A stretch of DNA of 64,000 nt from Patescibacteria group bacterium (GCA_023379025.1 JAMCTH010000003.1:17114-81113); one strand, 5' to 3'. Numbered from the stretch's first letter, positions 38,184 to 48,679 are shown. A program made the numbers and translations. The notes: generated by a model not told the origin, from the sequence alone.

Positions 38184-39628
38184 ATGCGTAGCGCAGAAAA
38201 TTGTCCGGCCAGCTCTGCCATGCGCCGGCGCTCAAGAAGTATCAGTATGCCACTATACAGTATAACACCCGCTCCGGCGACAGTGACGTCCCAGACGACG
38301 GTATGGAACATATTCCGGAGCGCGCCATAGAATATCATCTGCGCGATAACTCCGAGAAACGGTACGGCGATGCTTTTCCAAAACGAAAATACCGCGACTT
38401 TTTTGGCAAGGAACACGACGAGAATAAGCGTGGACGAGATAAGGAGAAGCCCGAGCGCCACACCGTTAAAGCCGATGGCCAGGATAAGCGGCACGGTAAC
38501 GATCCAGGTAGTTGACGTCCACATCACCATAAGCCAGAGCGTGGTTTTTATTTTACCCACGGCATTCAGCGCATTGGTGAGCGGTGTCGAAAGGCTCGAA
38601 ACAGCGGATGCCGCGGCAAACAGGTAAAACGACAGGAGCGCGGGTTCCCATTTAAGGTACTTGGGAATGATGTGCACCATCGGTTCAACAAAAAACAGGA
38701 GTCCGACGGTAATCGGAAATATGGACAGCGCGAGCCCGAAAAGCGTCTTTTCTATCGCGCGCCCGAGGACCTCACGGTCATGCTGGAGCCGTGAAAACGC
38801 CGGGAATGTTACCCGGATAACGCTGTCCATGATAAGCCGGAGCGGTACTTCAGCCCATTTTTTGGCCCAGCCGATGTAGCCGACCTGGGTAAACGGAAGT
38901 ATTTTTCCCAAAAAGACCGTAAAGAGATCGTCTTTGAGAAGTGCGAGGAACGAATTGAGCTGAAACGGAATGCCGAACGTCAGCAGTCTCCTGGCCACAT
39001 GACGCCGGAATCCGATGGATATCTTCCAGGGAGAGATGATATAGATCACGACAAGCCCGAGGACTGCCCGTACGATGACCGCCCAGGTAAAACTCGCAAT
39101 CCCCCACCCCTGCCATGCGAGAAGAAGCGCGACGGCATAAAACCCTACGGTTTCGAATATCTGCGGGATCACCAGCTTGTAAAATTCGAGGTTTCGTTCG
39201 AGAAGGACGGACGGGATGGTCTTGAGTGAGCTCAGAAAAAAGGAAAAAATGAGTGCTCTGAGAAGCCACAGCCCCGCTACATCTAGGCGGTAAAATTTCG
39301 CGATGGTGCCGGAAAAGATATACGCGACGACTACAACCACAGCGACCATTGCCTGCTGGATGGTAAACGTCGTCGTGAGGTCCTCCGCAGAGAGTTCTTC
39401 TTTTTTCTGTATCAGCGCTGCCGCAAGTCCTATATCGGAAAAGTATCCGAGGAAAGAAATAATTGCCGAAACCACATAATAGATACCGAAAATCGCGGGA
39501 CTGAGGAAAATAGTAAGAAGGAATGTTGCGCCGAACGCAACGATTTGGAGGAAAAACGTACGGGACGTAAGCGCCACGATGCCGCTCAGGGATTTTTTCT
39601 TGATCGCAGCGATATCTATTTCTTCCAT
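38171..39628 (-). CDS. Wzx-like oligosaccharide flippase (MOP superfamily polysaccharide biosynthesis protein)
   Basis: 485 aa with about 12-14 TM helices and no soluble domain. Confidence 0.65.
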   Translation of the reverse strand: MEEIDIAAIKKKSLSGIVALTSRTFFLQIVAFGATFLLTIFLSPAIFGIYYVVSAIISFLGYFSDIGLAAALIQKKEELSAEDLTTTFTIQQAMVAVVVVVAYIFSGTIAKFYRLDVAGLWLLRALIFSFFLSSLKTIPSVLLERNLEFYKLVIPQIFETVGFYAVALLLAWQGWGIASFTWAVIVRAVLGLVVIYIISPWKISIGFRRHVARRLLTFGIPFQLNSFLALLKDDLFTVFLGKILPFTQVGYIGWAKKWAEVPLRLIMDSVIRVTFPAFSRLQHDREVLGRAIEKTLFGLALSIFPITVGLLFFVEPMVHIIPKYLKWEPALLSFYLFAAASAVSSLSTPLTNALNAVGKIKTTLWLMVMWTSTTWIVTVPLILAIGFNGVALGLLLISSTLILVVFLAKKVAVFSFWKSIAVPFLGVIAQMIFYGALRNMFHTVVWDVTVAGAGVILYSGILILLERRRMAELAGQFSALRIWRR

Positions 39629-40365
39629 ACCCCTCCGGTCCTCCTGCGCCAGGGGCGCGTGGTAAAAAGGCGCCAGAGGCCTTCAAGGTCTCCCTGCGCG
39701 GTTTTCATGACACGGACGGTGGAACCGGGGTTATCCACCCACGTCACGGGCTCTTCGTAAATCCGGTATCCTTCTTTCTCTCCCAGAATGAGAAGCTCCG
39801 AATCAAAAAACCATTCATTGTCGGCAATCTGCGGCAGAAGTGTTTTCACGACGTTTTGCGTCACCGCCTTGAACCCGCACTGCGCGTCGGAAAAATTGAC
39901 CCAAAAAAAGAATCTGATGAGGGTGATATACGTCTTGGATGTAATAGTACGGAGGGTATTTCTGCCGTACACCCGCGCTCCATGGGCATTCCTCGTCCCT
40001 ATGGCGATATCGTATCCCCGGAGGAGCGACCGGACGAGAGTCGGAAAATGCCGTAAATCCGTCGAGAGGTCGACGTCCATATAAGAAACGACGTCATCCT
40101 TGGAATGCTGCCAGACGTATTTGACCGCCCTTCCCCTTCCTTTCTGATGAAGGTGTACGGCCCGAACATGCGCAATAGATTTCGCAAGCGACAGCGCGAT
40201 CTCGTATGTCCGGTCGGTTGAAGCATTGTCGGCAATGGTGATGGTCCAGGTAAAATCCGGCAGATGAGTACCAAGATACGCTGCAAGCGTGCGGACATGA
40301 TCGGCAACCTCCGCTTCCTCATTGTAGACCGGTATGACAACGTTAAGAGATGGTTTTTTTGCCAT
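39616..40365 (-). CDS. GT2 polyprenyl-phosphate sugar synthase (DPM1/GtrB-like)
   Basis: 249 aa with LNVVIPVYNEE and DNASTDRT motifs, and a QCGFKA segment typical of Dpm1/GtrB-type enzymes. Confidence 0.75.
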   Translation of the reverse strand: MAKKPSLNVVIPVYNEEAEVADHVRTLAAYLGTHLPDFTWTITIADNASTDRTYEIALSLAKSIAHVRAVHLHQKGRGRAVKYVWQHSKDDVVSYMDVDLSTDLRHFPTLVRSLLRGYDIAIGTRNAHGARVYGRNTLRTITSKTYITLIRFFFWVNFSDAQCGFKAVTQNVVKTLLPQIADNEWFFDSELLILGEKEGYRIYEEPVTWVDNPGSTVRVMKTAQGDLEGLWRLFTTRPWRRRTGGVWKK

Positions 40366-42040
40366 ATATGAATACTATCATGACGACCGTCAAAACCGAC
40401 AACAGATTTCCGATCGTCCTGACCGGGGTATCGGTAAACTGCATGGATACGATACTGGTCCCCTGCGGTACGGATATCCGGGGAAGGGCATGTACGACCG
40501 CGGGGGTCACTGACGTTCCGTTCACCTCATAGCGCCAGCCCGGGAAATATGTCCGGTTGATGACGACGCCGGCAGGGGTCTCTGCCTGTACCGCGATACG
40601 GGCACGCGTACCCGTATCTTCAAGTACCCGTGCTGTCACGCCGGCGGCGGAAACCAAGGAAGACGGCAGATCGTTCACGCTTTTGGGTTTGATGAAACCC
40701 GGCGGGAGATATTCGTCGGAAATTTTGGACACACGGAACCGGAGTTCCCCGGCCGATGTATAGGTGCTCAGAGGTTCTGTGTAGGGGTACTGAGGGATAA
40801 ATAATCTGACGGAAAATACCAGCACCCCGGCAATGATAGCACCCCCCAACGCAATCCGTACACCGTGTCCGGGAATCCACCGGAGCACGGCAGCCGACAG
40901 AACCGACAGCCCGAGACTTGCCGGTGAAAGAAAGCGCCAGGGATACTGCATATAGGCAAAAAAGGGAATAAGCTTCCAGAGGAGTACGGACCAGGAAAGC
41001 ACCAGAAAAAGGGAAAGTGCGGTCCAGATCAGAATGACGCGGAGAAAGGTCCGGACTTTTTCCGTGAGCTCCGGCCGGACCGGACACAGCGCAAGGGCGG
41101 CAGCCGACAGTACTATGTACTCTTTTCCGAGTTTAAACGAAAATCCGTCCATGCATCCTTTCTCAGATCCTCCGAATCCCCAGGGTGAACTCCACAGTTG
41201 TCCGAGGCACACAAAATGATCCAGATAATCCGCGCTTTTGCCGATTTGTCCGGCTACCGATGTCGCGCTCATCTCGGCAAACGCCGGAAGCCAGAAAAAC
41301 GCCGAAAGACCGAGTCCGCCGGAAAAAAGCGCAGCAATTCTTTTAACCTCTTCGGTAATGGATCGTTCCCGAAGGAGCCGAAAAAAGAGATACCCGGCGC
41401 ACCCTGCCATGGTAAGTACAACTGATGCGTATCCAAAAAGGGTATGGGAGAGAATGGTACCGGCAAGTCCGGTGATACCGAGGACAGCCTCCTTACGGCC
41501 TCCGGAACCGAAAATCCAGAATATCCCGAAAAGAAAAAGCGGAAAAAATGCCGCTGCCCAGAATTCTCCGACCGCACCGCGTACATAGATCTGGACGGCG
41601 TGATACGGAGCGTACACATACATGACTCCGGCAACAACGCCGGCGACCGTCCCGAGATACCGGGAAACCAGCCAGAACATAGTCAGCCCGGAGAGGAGGA
41701 TGCCGGCGGCAAACATAAATTTCGTTGCGGTAAGTGCATCGGTCATGCCGGTCGCGTAGAGAGCTCCGCCCACGTAATACGGAAGCGGTGCATAGAAGTT
41801 AAACAGCGGGTACCCATACCCATATCCCAAATCCGCAACCCACCGGACCGGAAACTGTCCGTTTTGAAGCGCCCTGCCCATAGCTACGACGCGCCCTACC
41901 TGCGTATCATCATGCATGGGGAAAAAGCCCCTGAGGGTAAGGGGGCGGATGCTCCAGACCGAGAGGATAAAAACCGCAGCAACACCGGTAAGCCCGATAT
42001 ATGCGGGCCGGAACATGTGATGCAGGCGTTTTTTCACCAT
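40343..42040 (-). CDS. Family-A large polytopic membrane protein (HDG-motif)
   Basis: 565 aa with PMHDDTQVGRV...VRWVADLGYGYGYPLFNFYAPLPYY. Confidence 0.55.
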   Translation of the reverse strand: MVKKRLHHMFRPAYIGLTGVAAVFILSVWSIRPLTLRGFFPMHDDTQVGRVVAMGRALQNGQFPVRWVADLGYGYGYPLFNFYAPLPYYVGGALYATGMTDALTATKFMFAAGILLSGLTMFWLVSRYLGTVAGVVAGVMYVYAPYHAVQIYVRGAVGEFWAAAFFPLFLFGIFWIFGSGGRKEAVLGITGLAGTILSHTLFGYASVVLTMAGCAGYLFFRLLRERSITEEVKRIAALFSGGLGLSAFFWLPAFAEMSATSVAGQIGKSADYLDHFVCLGQLWSSPWGFGGSEKGCMDGFSFKLGKEYIVLSAAALALCPVRPELTEKVRTFLRVILIWTALSLFLVLSWSVLLWKLIPFFAYMQYPWRFLSPASLGLSVLSAAVLRWIPGHGVRIALGGAIIAGVLVFSVRLFIPQYPYTEPLSTYTSAGELRFRVSKISDEYLPPGFIKPKSVNDLPSSLVSAAGVTARVLEDTGTRARIAVQAETPAGVVINRTYFPGWRYEVNGTSVTPAVVHALPRISVPQGTSIVSMQFTDTPVRTIGNLLSVLTVVMIVFIYGKKTIS

Positions 42041-43575
42041 GCCCTCCTCCAGAATACGCTCCCGGCAGCCACGATACCGAGCACGATAAAGCTCACGAGT
42101 GAGATCACGTCCGCGGTAAACCGGAATATGGTTTCGCGGAATTCAACAAAAATATGGTGTGTCCCTTCAGGAACGGAAAACCGCATGAGCCCTTCCGGGT
42201 TATCATAGCGGAGTTCAACGGGGACATCATCGAGGGTCGCACCCCAGCCGGGATAATAGAGTGAATTGATCTGTATGACACTGTTTTCGTCTGCATGGAT
42301 CACCGCATCAATGCGCTCGGTCGTTCCCGTACGAAGAACAATCGACCCCTGACCGGTATAGAATTCAATCCTCCGGTATGCGCGTGTCGCCGGTCTTGCC
42401 GATGCCCAGACAGGCATGTATTCGTCGGCAACGGTGGTCGTCGCTTCGTTGGTGGTATAGTATCCGATCGTACGGTCTACCGGGACAACCCTGCTCATGA
42501 TCGTCCATACGGGTCCTGCCCACAGCAGTACATAACACGCCGTCAGAGCGATACGTGCCGGAGTCGGACGCCCGGAAAGACTTGCCGCGACAATCCATGC
42601 GCCGGCAAAAAGTCCCACGGCGAGAAACCGGTACGGAAACTGGACGTACCGCGTCAGCACTGCGCTGTGCCAAAGGGGGGCCCCCAACGGCGTTGCTATA
42701 AATACAACTGCCACAAAGAGCGAGACGTACCATACCGTCAGCATGCGTTCCTTTACCCTATGCCCGGTAAGAAGGAGAATGCAGGCAAGGATTGCTCCGA
42801 AATTCAGAAGGTATAATGACGTTCCGTCTACGATAAACTGTTCCGGTTTTGAAAGGATTATGCTTCCGAACATCACATATCCCCGTTCAAACAATGCGGG
42901 CATCCAGAAAAAGGCGGAGAGACCGATCCCGGCGGCAACCGGCAGAAAATAACGGAACTGCCGTTTCAGGACGATCCACACTACGATAAGAGGAAAAAGA
43001 AGAAGCGCCAGGGTATTATGGCTGACGATGAGAAACCCAACCGCAAGAGCAAGGAGCAATTGATTGCCGGAGGAAAGGGCATAGAGAGCTGCGCTTGCGG
43101 GAAGGAGGGCCAGGATCTCTCCGACGGATCCGCGTTTATAGAGGTCAAATCCTAGATACGGCGCGAGAAGAAACCCGAGGCTGCCGGCAAATGCGGAGGT
43201 CTCATCCCAGCTTTTCCTGAGCCAGAGATAGATATACCATACCGAACCGATGACAGAGCCGCCGAGGATAAGTTTCACCGCATCGACGAAGGAAAATCCC
43301 AGTATATGGATGAGCGACCCAAGATACAAAAACCCGGGATAGAGAAAATTTGCCACCGGATACCCGTAACTGTTGTTCAGTCTTCCCAGAAAACGCACGG
43401 GAAACTGCCCTTCACGAAGGCTCTGGAAAAATGCCGTGAGCCTGATGATCATCCACTCCCCGTCATCGGATACAAAAAACCCGTGGCGGAGAAGCGGCCA
43501 CAGGATCGCGAACGAGCACAGCGTAAGAAGAGCGAGAGAGAGGATTCCGTTTTTCGTAAACGGAGGCCGTTTCAT
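42034..43575 (-). CDS. Family-A large polytopic membrane protein (divergent: SDDGEW instead of HDG)
   Basis: 513 aa with VSDDGEWMI...VRFLGRLNNSYGYPVANFLYP. It is the tandem paralog of the previous gene. Confidence 0.5.
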   Translation of the reverse strand: MKRPPFTKNGILSLALLTLCSFAILWPLLRHGFFVSDDGEWMIIRLTAFFQSLREGQFPVRFLGRLNNSYGYPVANFLYPGFLYLGSLIHILGFSFVDAVKLILGGSVIGSVWYIYLWLRKSWDETSAFAGSLGFLLAPYLGFDLYKRGSVGEILALLPASAALYALSSGNQLLLALAVGFLIVSHNTLALLLFPLIVVWIVLKRQFRYFLPVAAGIGLSAFFWMPALFERGYVMFGSIILSKPEQFIVDGTSLYLLNFGAILACILLLTGHRVKERMLTVWYVSLFVAVVFIATPLGAPLWHSAVLTRYVQFPYRFLAVGLFAGAWIVAASLSGRPTPARIALTACYVLLWAGPVWTIMSRVVPVDRTIGYYTTNEATTTVADEYMPVWASARPATRAYRRIEFYTGQGSIVLRTGTTERIDAVIHADENSVIQINSLYYPGWGATLDDVPVELRYDNPEGLMRFSVPEGTHHIFVEFRETIFRFTADVISLVSFIVLGIVAAGSVFWRRAW

Positions 43576-45128
43576 AGAGCGCCTTTCGTGCCGGACTGCG
43601 GCACCACTTCAAAAAGGCGGAGTGTTCTGTCTTTGTTCAGTCCTTTTTCATAGGACGCAAGCAGTTTGAGAGGCCATTTGGGAGGCACCGTCTCTGTCTG
43701 GTTCAGAATCAAAAACGTCGGGTGAGCCCTGCTGTCACTCCTCATGGCGGCGGGCATATCTTCCGGGATGGGCCAGACCCCATGGATACTCATATTGGGA
43801 TTGTCGACAAGATAGATCTCTATAGCATACGGCAGAAGCCCGAAGGTCCCGTCCGTGTATACGGACACCTTGTGTGCCGACGCTTCTGTCCTGAGGTACG
43901 AAACGACGGGCGCAATGCCCCATCCCGCGGGCCAGTCATTCATATACTGTCCCCGGTCCGCTTCCGGAATCGGTGCGTAGAGGGGATTGGTCACGAGGAG
44001 GTAATCCGTCGTCACCGACGGCACGAGGGCAAGCACCACGATAAAAATTCCTAAATAATGCCGCCGCAACTGGCGGATGAGCCAGGAGGAACTTTCCGCC
44101 GCAATGACAAGAAGCGGCATGCACATAAACAGAATAAAACGCGGGTAGAGCACTTTTCCGAAAAGCGCGAGCGCAGCAAACGGTCCGAGCCACCAGCCGT
44201 AGAGAAGGAGTTTTTTTGCGTCGATGCGTCCGAGCGCTATAGGCAGGAATATAAGCCCGACAACCGGAAGGGTCAGATAACGCCAGAACCAGTCAAACTC
44301 CCCGCGCAGGTTTCCTTCGACAAAACGCATGGGATGCAGGAGCCATTCGCGGAAGGGATAGACGAACACCGCGTCCTTTTCCGCCACCATATGAAAAAAC
44401 GGCGAGAGCCGGAGGGTACTGTAGATCGCCTGGGAAACGAGCGCCGCAACACAAACAAGCATTATCCAGCGCGCAAGGCGACGGAGACGCCCCGGCGTTT
44501 TCCAGTCGAAAAGAACCAGGGTGAAGGGCAGAAGATAGAGGCCGAAAAATCCGGATGTCTTCGTGAGCATCGCCCCGCCGAGACCCATGCCGAGGATGAG
44601 TGCGATATCGAGGCGCCGGTGTTTGACGAGAAGGATACCAAGATAAAGATTCCATATGGCAAACGCGGCAACCATACTGTCATAGAGAGCCATGCGGTCA
44701 TAGACCGTGGCAAACGGAGACAGTACATAGAAGAGTGCTGCAAGAAACGCAGCCGGCGCGGTTCCGAACAGTTCCCAGGTGAGAAGGCTTATGCCGATAA
44801 GACTGCCGACTCCGGCGCCTACCGATACGAGCCTTCCCGCAAGAAGCGGGTCGTGGACCGCGCGCAGGACCCCCATAAGAATCCAGGTATACATGGGCTG
44901 CTTGCCGTCGGTGAGCGAGATAAAACGCCAGTTCGCGTCACGGCTTCCTATCTGGGACCAGCGGATGTAGATTGCCTCATCGGTAAAAATCGGAAGTTTT
45001 GTAAGATTGGTGAGGCGGCTTACTCCGAAAAGCACCGCGATAAAAAGTGCGGCAATAACCAACGTACGCCATGAACGCAGAATCGGATACATATGACGAT
45101 TATACCCCGGTACGGAAACGCCGGGCAA
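43572..45128 (-). CDS. ArnT-like GT-C membrane glycosyltransferase (family C-related)
   Basis: 518 aa. Loop 1 has PIFTDEAIYIRW, a DE motif like ArnT. A Met13 start at 45092 would remove the 29-nt overlap with the upstream gene. Confidence 0.6.
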   Translation of the reverse strand: MPGVSVPGYNRHMYPILRSWRTLVIAALFIAVLFGVSRLTNLTKLPIFTDEAIYIRWSQIGSRDANWRFISLTDGKQPMYTWILMGVLRAVHDPLLAGRLVSVGAGVGSLIGISLLTWELFGTAPAAFLAALFYVLSPFATVYDRMALYDSMVAAFAIWNLYLGILLVKHRRLDIALILGMGLGGAMLTKTSGFFGLYLLPFTLVLFDWKTPGRLRRLARWIMLVCVAALVSQAIYSTLRLSPFFHMVAEKDAVFVYPFREWLLHPMRFVEGNLRGEFDWFWRYLTLPVVGLIFLPIALGRIDAKKLLLYGWWLGPFAALALFGKVLYPRFILFMCMPLLVIAAESSSWLIRQLRRHYLGIFIVVLALVPSVTTDYLLVTNPLYAPIPEADRGQYMNDWPAGWGIAPVVSYLRTEASAHKVSVYTDGTFGLLPYAIEIYLVDNPNMSIHGVWPIPEDMPAAMRSDSRAHPTFLILNQTETVPPKWPLKLLASYEKGLNKDRTLRLFEVVPQSGTKGAL

Positions 45129-46257
45129 ATCGCCGGACCAGCAATACGGAGACGGTGACGAGTACCGGGATGACCGTCAGTAGATCCCGGTACTGCGGCA
45201 CAGGAGCATTATAGTCACCGAAATATAATACCGGAGCATACCGGAGCAATAATCCCAATGCGTAGGCTCCGGCAACCGCGGTGACTGCCTTCTGCCGCGG
45301 GAGAAGGGCAACAAACGGAGCGATCCAGAGAAAATACCAGGGCAGAATCTCCCGCGTCAATCCGACCGCAACAAGGCCTGCCGTCATCAGCAACAATGCC
45401 AGCGTCCTGTTCCACCGGAACAGGAGAGCCGGCGCAAGGGCAAGCGTCATAAGTTTCATGGCTACGGAGAACGCCCAGACAAGAAGGGATTTCCAGAAAC
45501 GCATCCGGATGCCGGCATATACCGCAAACAGCACGATCGCCATCATCACCATGTCGTTATGAGGGCTCACGAGAGTTTCCACAATCACCAGAGGATTGAG
45601 TGCAAACAGGGCAACACCGGCCGCTTCACTCCCCGGCTCCAGGCGCCGCAGTATCCGTCCGATAAGATACGCCCCGATAAGATATGAAAGTGCAATTATC
45701 GCCTTTATGTTCCAGAGTATAAGGAGAAAATACCCGAATCCCAGTATATAAGCAGGGAGCGTCAGGACAATCCAGAGAGGCGTATATGCTGACGGGAGAT
45801 GTGTCCACCGCATAAATGACAGCCAGGGTTCGATACCGGTAAAATCAAGCGGGATGACGGTATAGGGGTTCTGATGATAGACGAGCACCGTCTTGGCCGT
45901 AAACATATAATTGAATATGTCATAGGAAAACGCGGGGTAGGAAAACACGAGTATTCCCGCAAGTAACAGGGAAAGCTTCAGAACGGAACCGGCGCCGATC
46001 GCGTTTTTCCTGGCCCGGACCAATACCCATACATATCCGATAAGGAGGAGTGCCGCAAGCCCCAAAAACAGCGCCGTAGACAACGGACGCTCGTAATACC
46101 CGACATACTGGAATGACGTTTCAAGCGACCGGACCAGTCCGAACCGCGAAAGGGTAAGAGAGAGATCCACCTGCGTATAGGAATAGAGAAACCACCCCAA
46201 TGCAGTCAGCAGATACAATACGCAAAGTGCCCGGATGGAATGGGGTGTTTTTTTCAT
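45100..46257 (-). CDS. Family-B polytopic membrane protein
   Basis: It has an AFSYDIFNY motif and is a paralog of 6450..7592. The start is trimmed from 46395 to Met47 at 46257. Confidence 0.45.
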   Translation of the reverse strand: MKKTPHSIRALCVLYLLTALGWFLYSYTQVDLSLTLSRFGLVRSLETSFQYVGYYERPLSTALFLGLAALLLIGYVWVLVRARKNAIGAGSVLKLSLLLAGILVFSYPAFSYDIFNYMFTAKTVLVYHQNPYTVIPLDFTGIEPWLSFMRWTHLPSAYTPLWIVLTLPAYILGFGYFLLILWNIKAIIALSYLIGAYLIGRILRRLEPGSEAAGVALFALNPLVIVETLVSPHNDMVMMAIVLFAVYAGIRMRFWKSLLVWAFSVAMKLMTLALAPALLFRWNRTLALLLMTAGLVAVGLTREILPWYFLWIAPFVALLPRQKAVTAVAGAYALGLLLRYAPVLYFGDYNAPVPQYRDLLTVIPVLVTVSVLLVRRFARRFRTGV

Positions 46258-46283
46258 GTAGCGAACGTAAACGCTTCTCTCTC

Positions 46284-47039
46284 CTAGGAACGGTACCGTC
46301 CCCGCATGGCATTCAACCGGATTTTGACAATGGCGGCAAGCCCCTGCAGTGAATCGCGGACAGGGCTGACCCGGCGGGTGTCGACGTAATGCCATTCAAC
46401 CGGTACTTCTTTTATGGAATAGCCGAGCAGTTTGGCAACATAAAGCACTTCTATATCAAACCCTGCCGTCACCATGGAACCCTGCGCGGTATCGTGTTTT
46501 TTGTATAAACGGAGCCGCCTGAATATATCCTGCGCGACGTGACGCCGGAACGCCTTAAAGCCGCACTGTGTATCCGTAATACCCCGTAGTCCGAGAATTA
46601 GGGCGCGAAGCACCATAAATCCGCGCGCCATGACCCGGCGGAGAAACGGCGCTCCTTCGCGTTTTGTGCTGCGGGATCCGATGACCACATCGTACCCCTT
46701 CAAAAACCAGGGAAGGAGTGCCCCCACTTCGGATATGGGTGTTGCCTGGTCAAGATCTGAAAAAAGCGCAGTACCGCCCCGTGCGGCAAGCATGCCCGTG
46801 ATGACGGTCGCCGCTTTTCCTCCGTGTGCATTATGGATAACCCGGAATCTGGAATCAGAGGCGGCAAACGCGTCAAGCAGCTGTCCGGTATCATCCGTTG
46901 AACCGTCATCCACCAAAATTACTTCCCAGGAGTAATCTCTCCGGTCAAGATACCGCAATACCCGGTCAAGCGCCCCCAGGCGGATATTGGTTTCTTCGTT
47001 ATATGCCGGAATCACGACGGAAAGATATGGTTCTTTCAT
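46284..47039 (-). CDS. GT2 polyprenyl-phosphate sugar synthase (DPM1/GtrB-like)
   Basis: 251 aa with LSVVIPAYNEE and LVDDGSTDDT motifs, and a TQCGFKAF segment. Confidence 0.75.
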   Translation of the reverse strand: MKEPYLSVVIPAYNEETNIRLGALDRVLRYLDRRDYSWEVILVDDGSTDDTGQLLDAFAASDSRFRVIHNAHGGKAATVITGMLAARGGTALFSDLDQATPISEVGALLPWFLKGYDVVIGSRSTKREGAPFLRRVMARGFMVLRALILGLRGITDTQCGFKAFRRHVAQDIFRRLRLYKKHDTAQGSMVTAGFDIEVLYVAKLLGYSIKEVPVEWHYVDTRRVSPVRDSLQGLAAIVKIRLNAMRGRYRS

Positions 47040-47071
47040 ACGTTTCTGTCACGCTCTGTGTGAACCGCGGT

Positions 47072-48679
47072 TCAGCCCGTACCGGTATAGTGCTCCAGTT
47101 TGAAAATTTTTACAAAGGGCGTAACCCACTCACCGACGATCTGTGCGCGCCCGAATCCGGCAATTTCCCACAGGGAGTTTCCGAGCGGATGACAGTCGGG
47201 AAATTCGCAGATGACGATAAGCTGATCCGTAACGCTTCTCCGGTCCGGATCGACGGATACCGGTTCGATCGTCACGGGCGGATGCCCCCAGATTTCAAAA
47301 AAATACCGGTAGGCGTAATCCGAATTGGATGAGGTGATAAGGGCGAAGTTAAACGGGAGCCCGTTTGCTTTAGAGAGGGCCGTTTGGGCAATACCGCGCA
47401 TCTGAGAAAGCTGATTATTCGGCGCGTACACAAACGGTCTCCCCTGCCAGTTCAGGACCACGAGACCGATAAACACGGCTGCCGCACCCATACGTCCCAC
47501 CACGTTTATACGTGCGATATCGGCAAGAACAAGCGCCGTCAGGAGAAACGGCAAAGGAAATACAATGCCGAAATAATAGTCATAAATATTTTTCCGGTAT
47601 AAACCGAAAAGCACTATGCTGACACCAAACCAGAGCGCCAATAGGAGCATGGCCTGCCGCCCTTCCGGCTCAAGAAGAAACGTCCTGATCTTCTTTATGA
47701 ATCCCCTCTCATTTGCCCGGGAGCGGACGACTGCCCAAACGGACGGCAGTAAAATGAGGGCAAGGGCCAGGATTGTTCCGAGAACCGTACCGCCCCGCCA
47801 GAGTATCTCCTGCCAGGGCGGGAGAGCCGCAAGCGAAGCTGCCTCGGGGATGCGGTAGACAAGCCTTCCGAAGATGCGGTAGCTGACATCCGCAACGGTA
47901 GCAAGGAACCGGCCGAAGGAAAATCCTACATCCTGTCCGGCAAGGATAAACCGGATGATCGACCTTGTATTGGGGAAGCCGTGCCGCAGTTCGAACGCAA
48001 GAAACGGGCTATAGCCCACCCCAAACCCTGCAATCCCGAAAAGGTAGTGGCGGAGCCTCCTCCCCGGCTTACCGAAGAATAAAAGCCAGAGGGCTGCAAA
48101 CGGAATGAGGAAGAGAAAAAGATAATGAAGCTGCAGACCGATCCCGATTATTACGCCGATCCAAAAAAGCATACCGGGCCGCTTTTCCTCGGTTGTTTTC
48201 CAGAGACACCAGACAAGGAGGAGTGAAAAAAACGGCACGAGATTCGGGTTCCACGAAGACCGCGAATAGGATATAACCAGCGGCGAAAGTGCGTAGAGGG
48301 CGGCAGCCATGAGCCCCACCACACGGTCAAAGAGCATGTTCCCGGTCCGGTAAAGAAGCCAGACCGTCGCGATGCCAAAAAGCGCCACCATTACGGCGGG
48401 GCCGGTCGGATCGAAGCGCCAGAGCCAGAGAAACGGCAGCATGAAATAGTAATAGATAGGTCCAAGGAAAAATCCTCCGACGGAAGCCGTGGGTCCGAGG
48501 AGGGTAAACTTGTGCTCGGTGATCATCCGCGCAACCACCAGGACATCCCGCCCCTCATCGCCGAGGAACGTAAGGTACGCCGATATCTTCCATAACCGAA
48601 GATACGCAGCGACCACGACGATGGCGGGGAGCGCAAACGTTTGCCAGTGCCGCCTCATCCACGAAAGCGTTTTATACAT
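47072..48679 (-). CDS. Family-C GT-C fold membrane glycosyltransferase
   Basis: 535 aa with FLGDEGRDVLVVARMI...LLGPTASVGGFFLGPIYYY. Confidence 0.6.
   Translation of the reverse strand: MYKTLSWMRRHWQTFALPAIVVVAAYLRLWKISAYLTFLGDEGRDVLVVARMITEHKFTLLGPTASVGGFFLGPIYYYFMLPFLWLWRFDPTGPAVMVALFGIATVWLLYRTGNMLFDRVVGLMAAALYALSPLVISYSRSSWNPNLVPFFSLLLVWCLWKTTEEKRPGMLFWIGVIIGIGLQLHYLFLFLIPFAALWLLFFGKPGRRLRHYLFGIAGFGVGYSPFLAFELRHGFPNTRSIIRFILAGQDVGFSFGRFLATVADVSYRIFGRLVYRIPEAASLAALPPWQEILWRGGTVLGTILALALILLPSVWAVVRSRANERGFIKKIRTFLLEPEGRQAMLLLALWFGVSIVLFGLYRKNIYDYYFGIVFPLPFLLTALVLADIARINVVGRMGAAAVFIGLVVLNWQGRPFVYAPNNQLSQMRGIAQTALSKANGLPFNFALITSSNSDYAYRYFFEIWGHPPVTIEPVSVDPDRRSVTDQLIVICEFPDCHPLGNSLWEIAGFGRAQIVGEWVTPFVKIFKLEHYTGTG

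Noticed and set aside
38850-39686. 278-aa minus-strand ORF in an alternative frame of the Wzx flippase gene
   Set aside because: It is R/P/C-rich low-complexity sequence. The overlapping frame encodes a coherent 14-TM protein.
44058-45074. 338-aa plus-strand ORF
   Set aside because: It is antisense to the ArnT-like membrane protein gene. Its K/R/E-rich composition is the mirror image of hydrophobic codons. It has no independent support.
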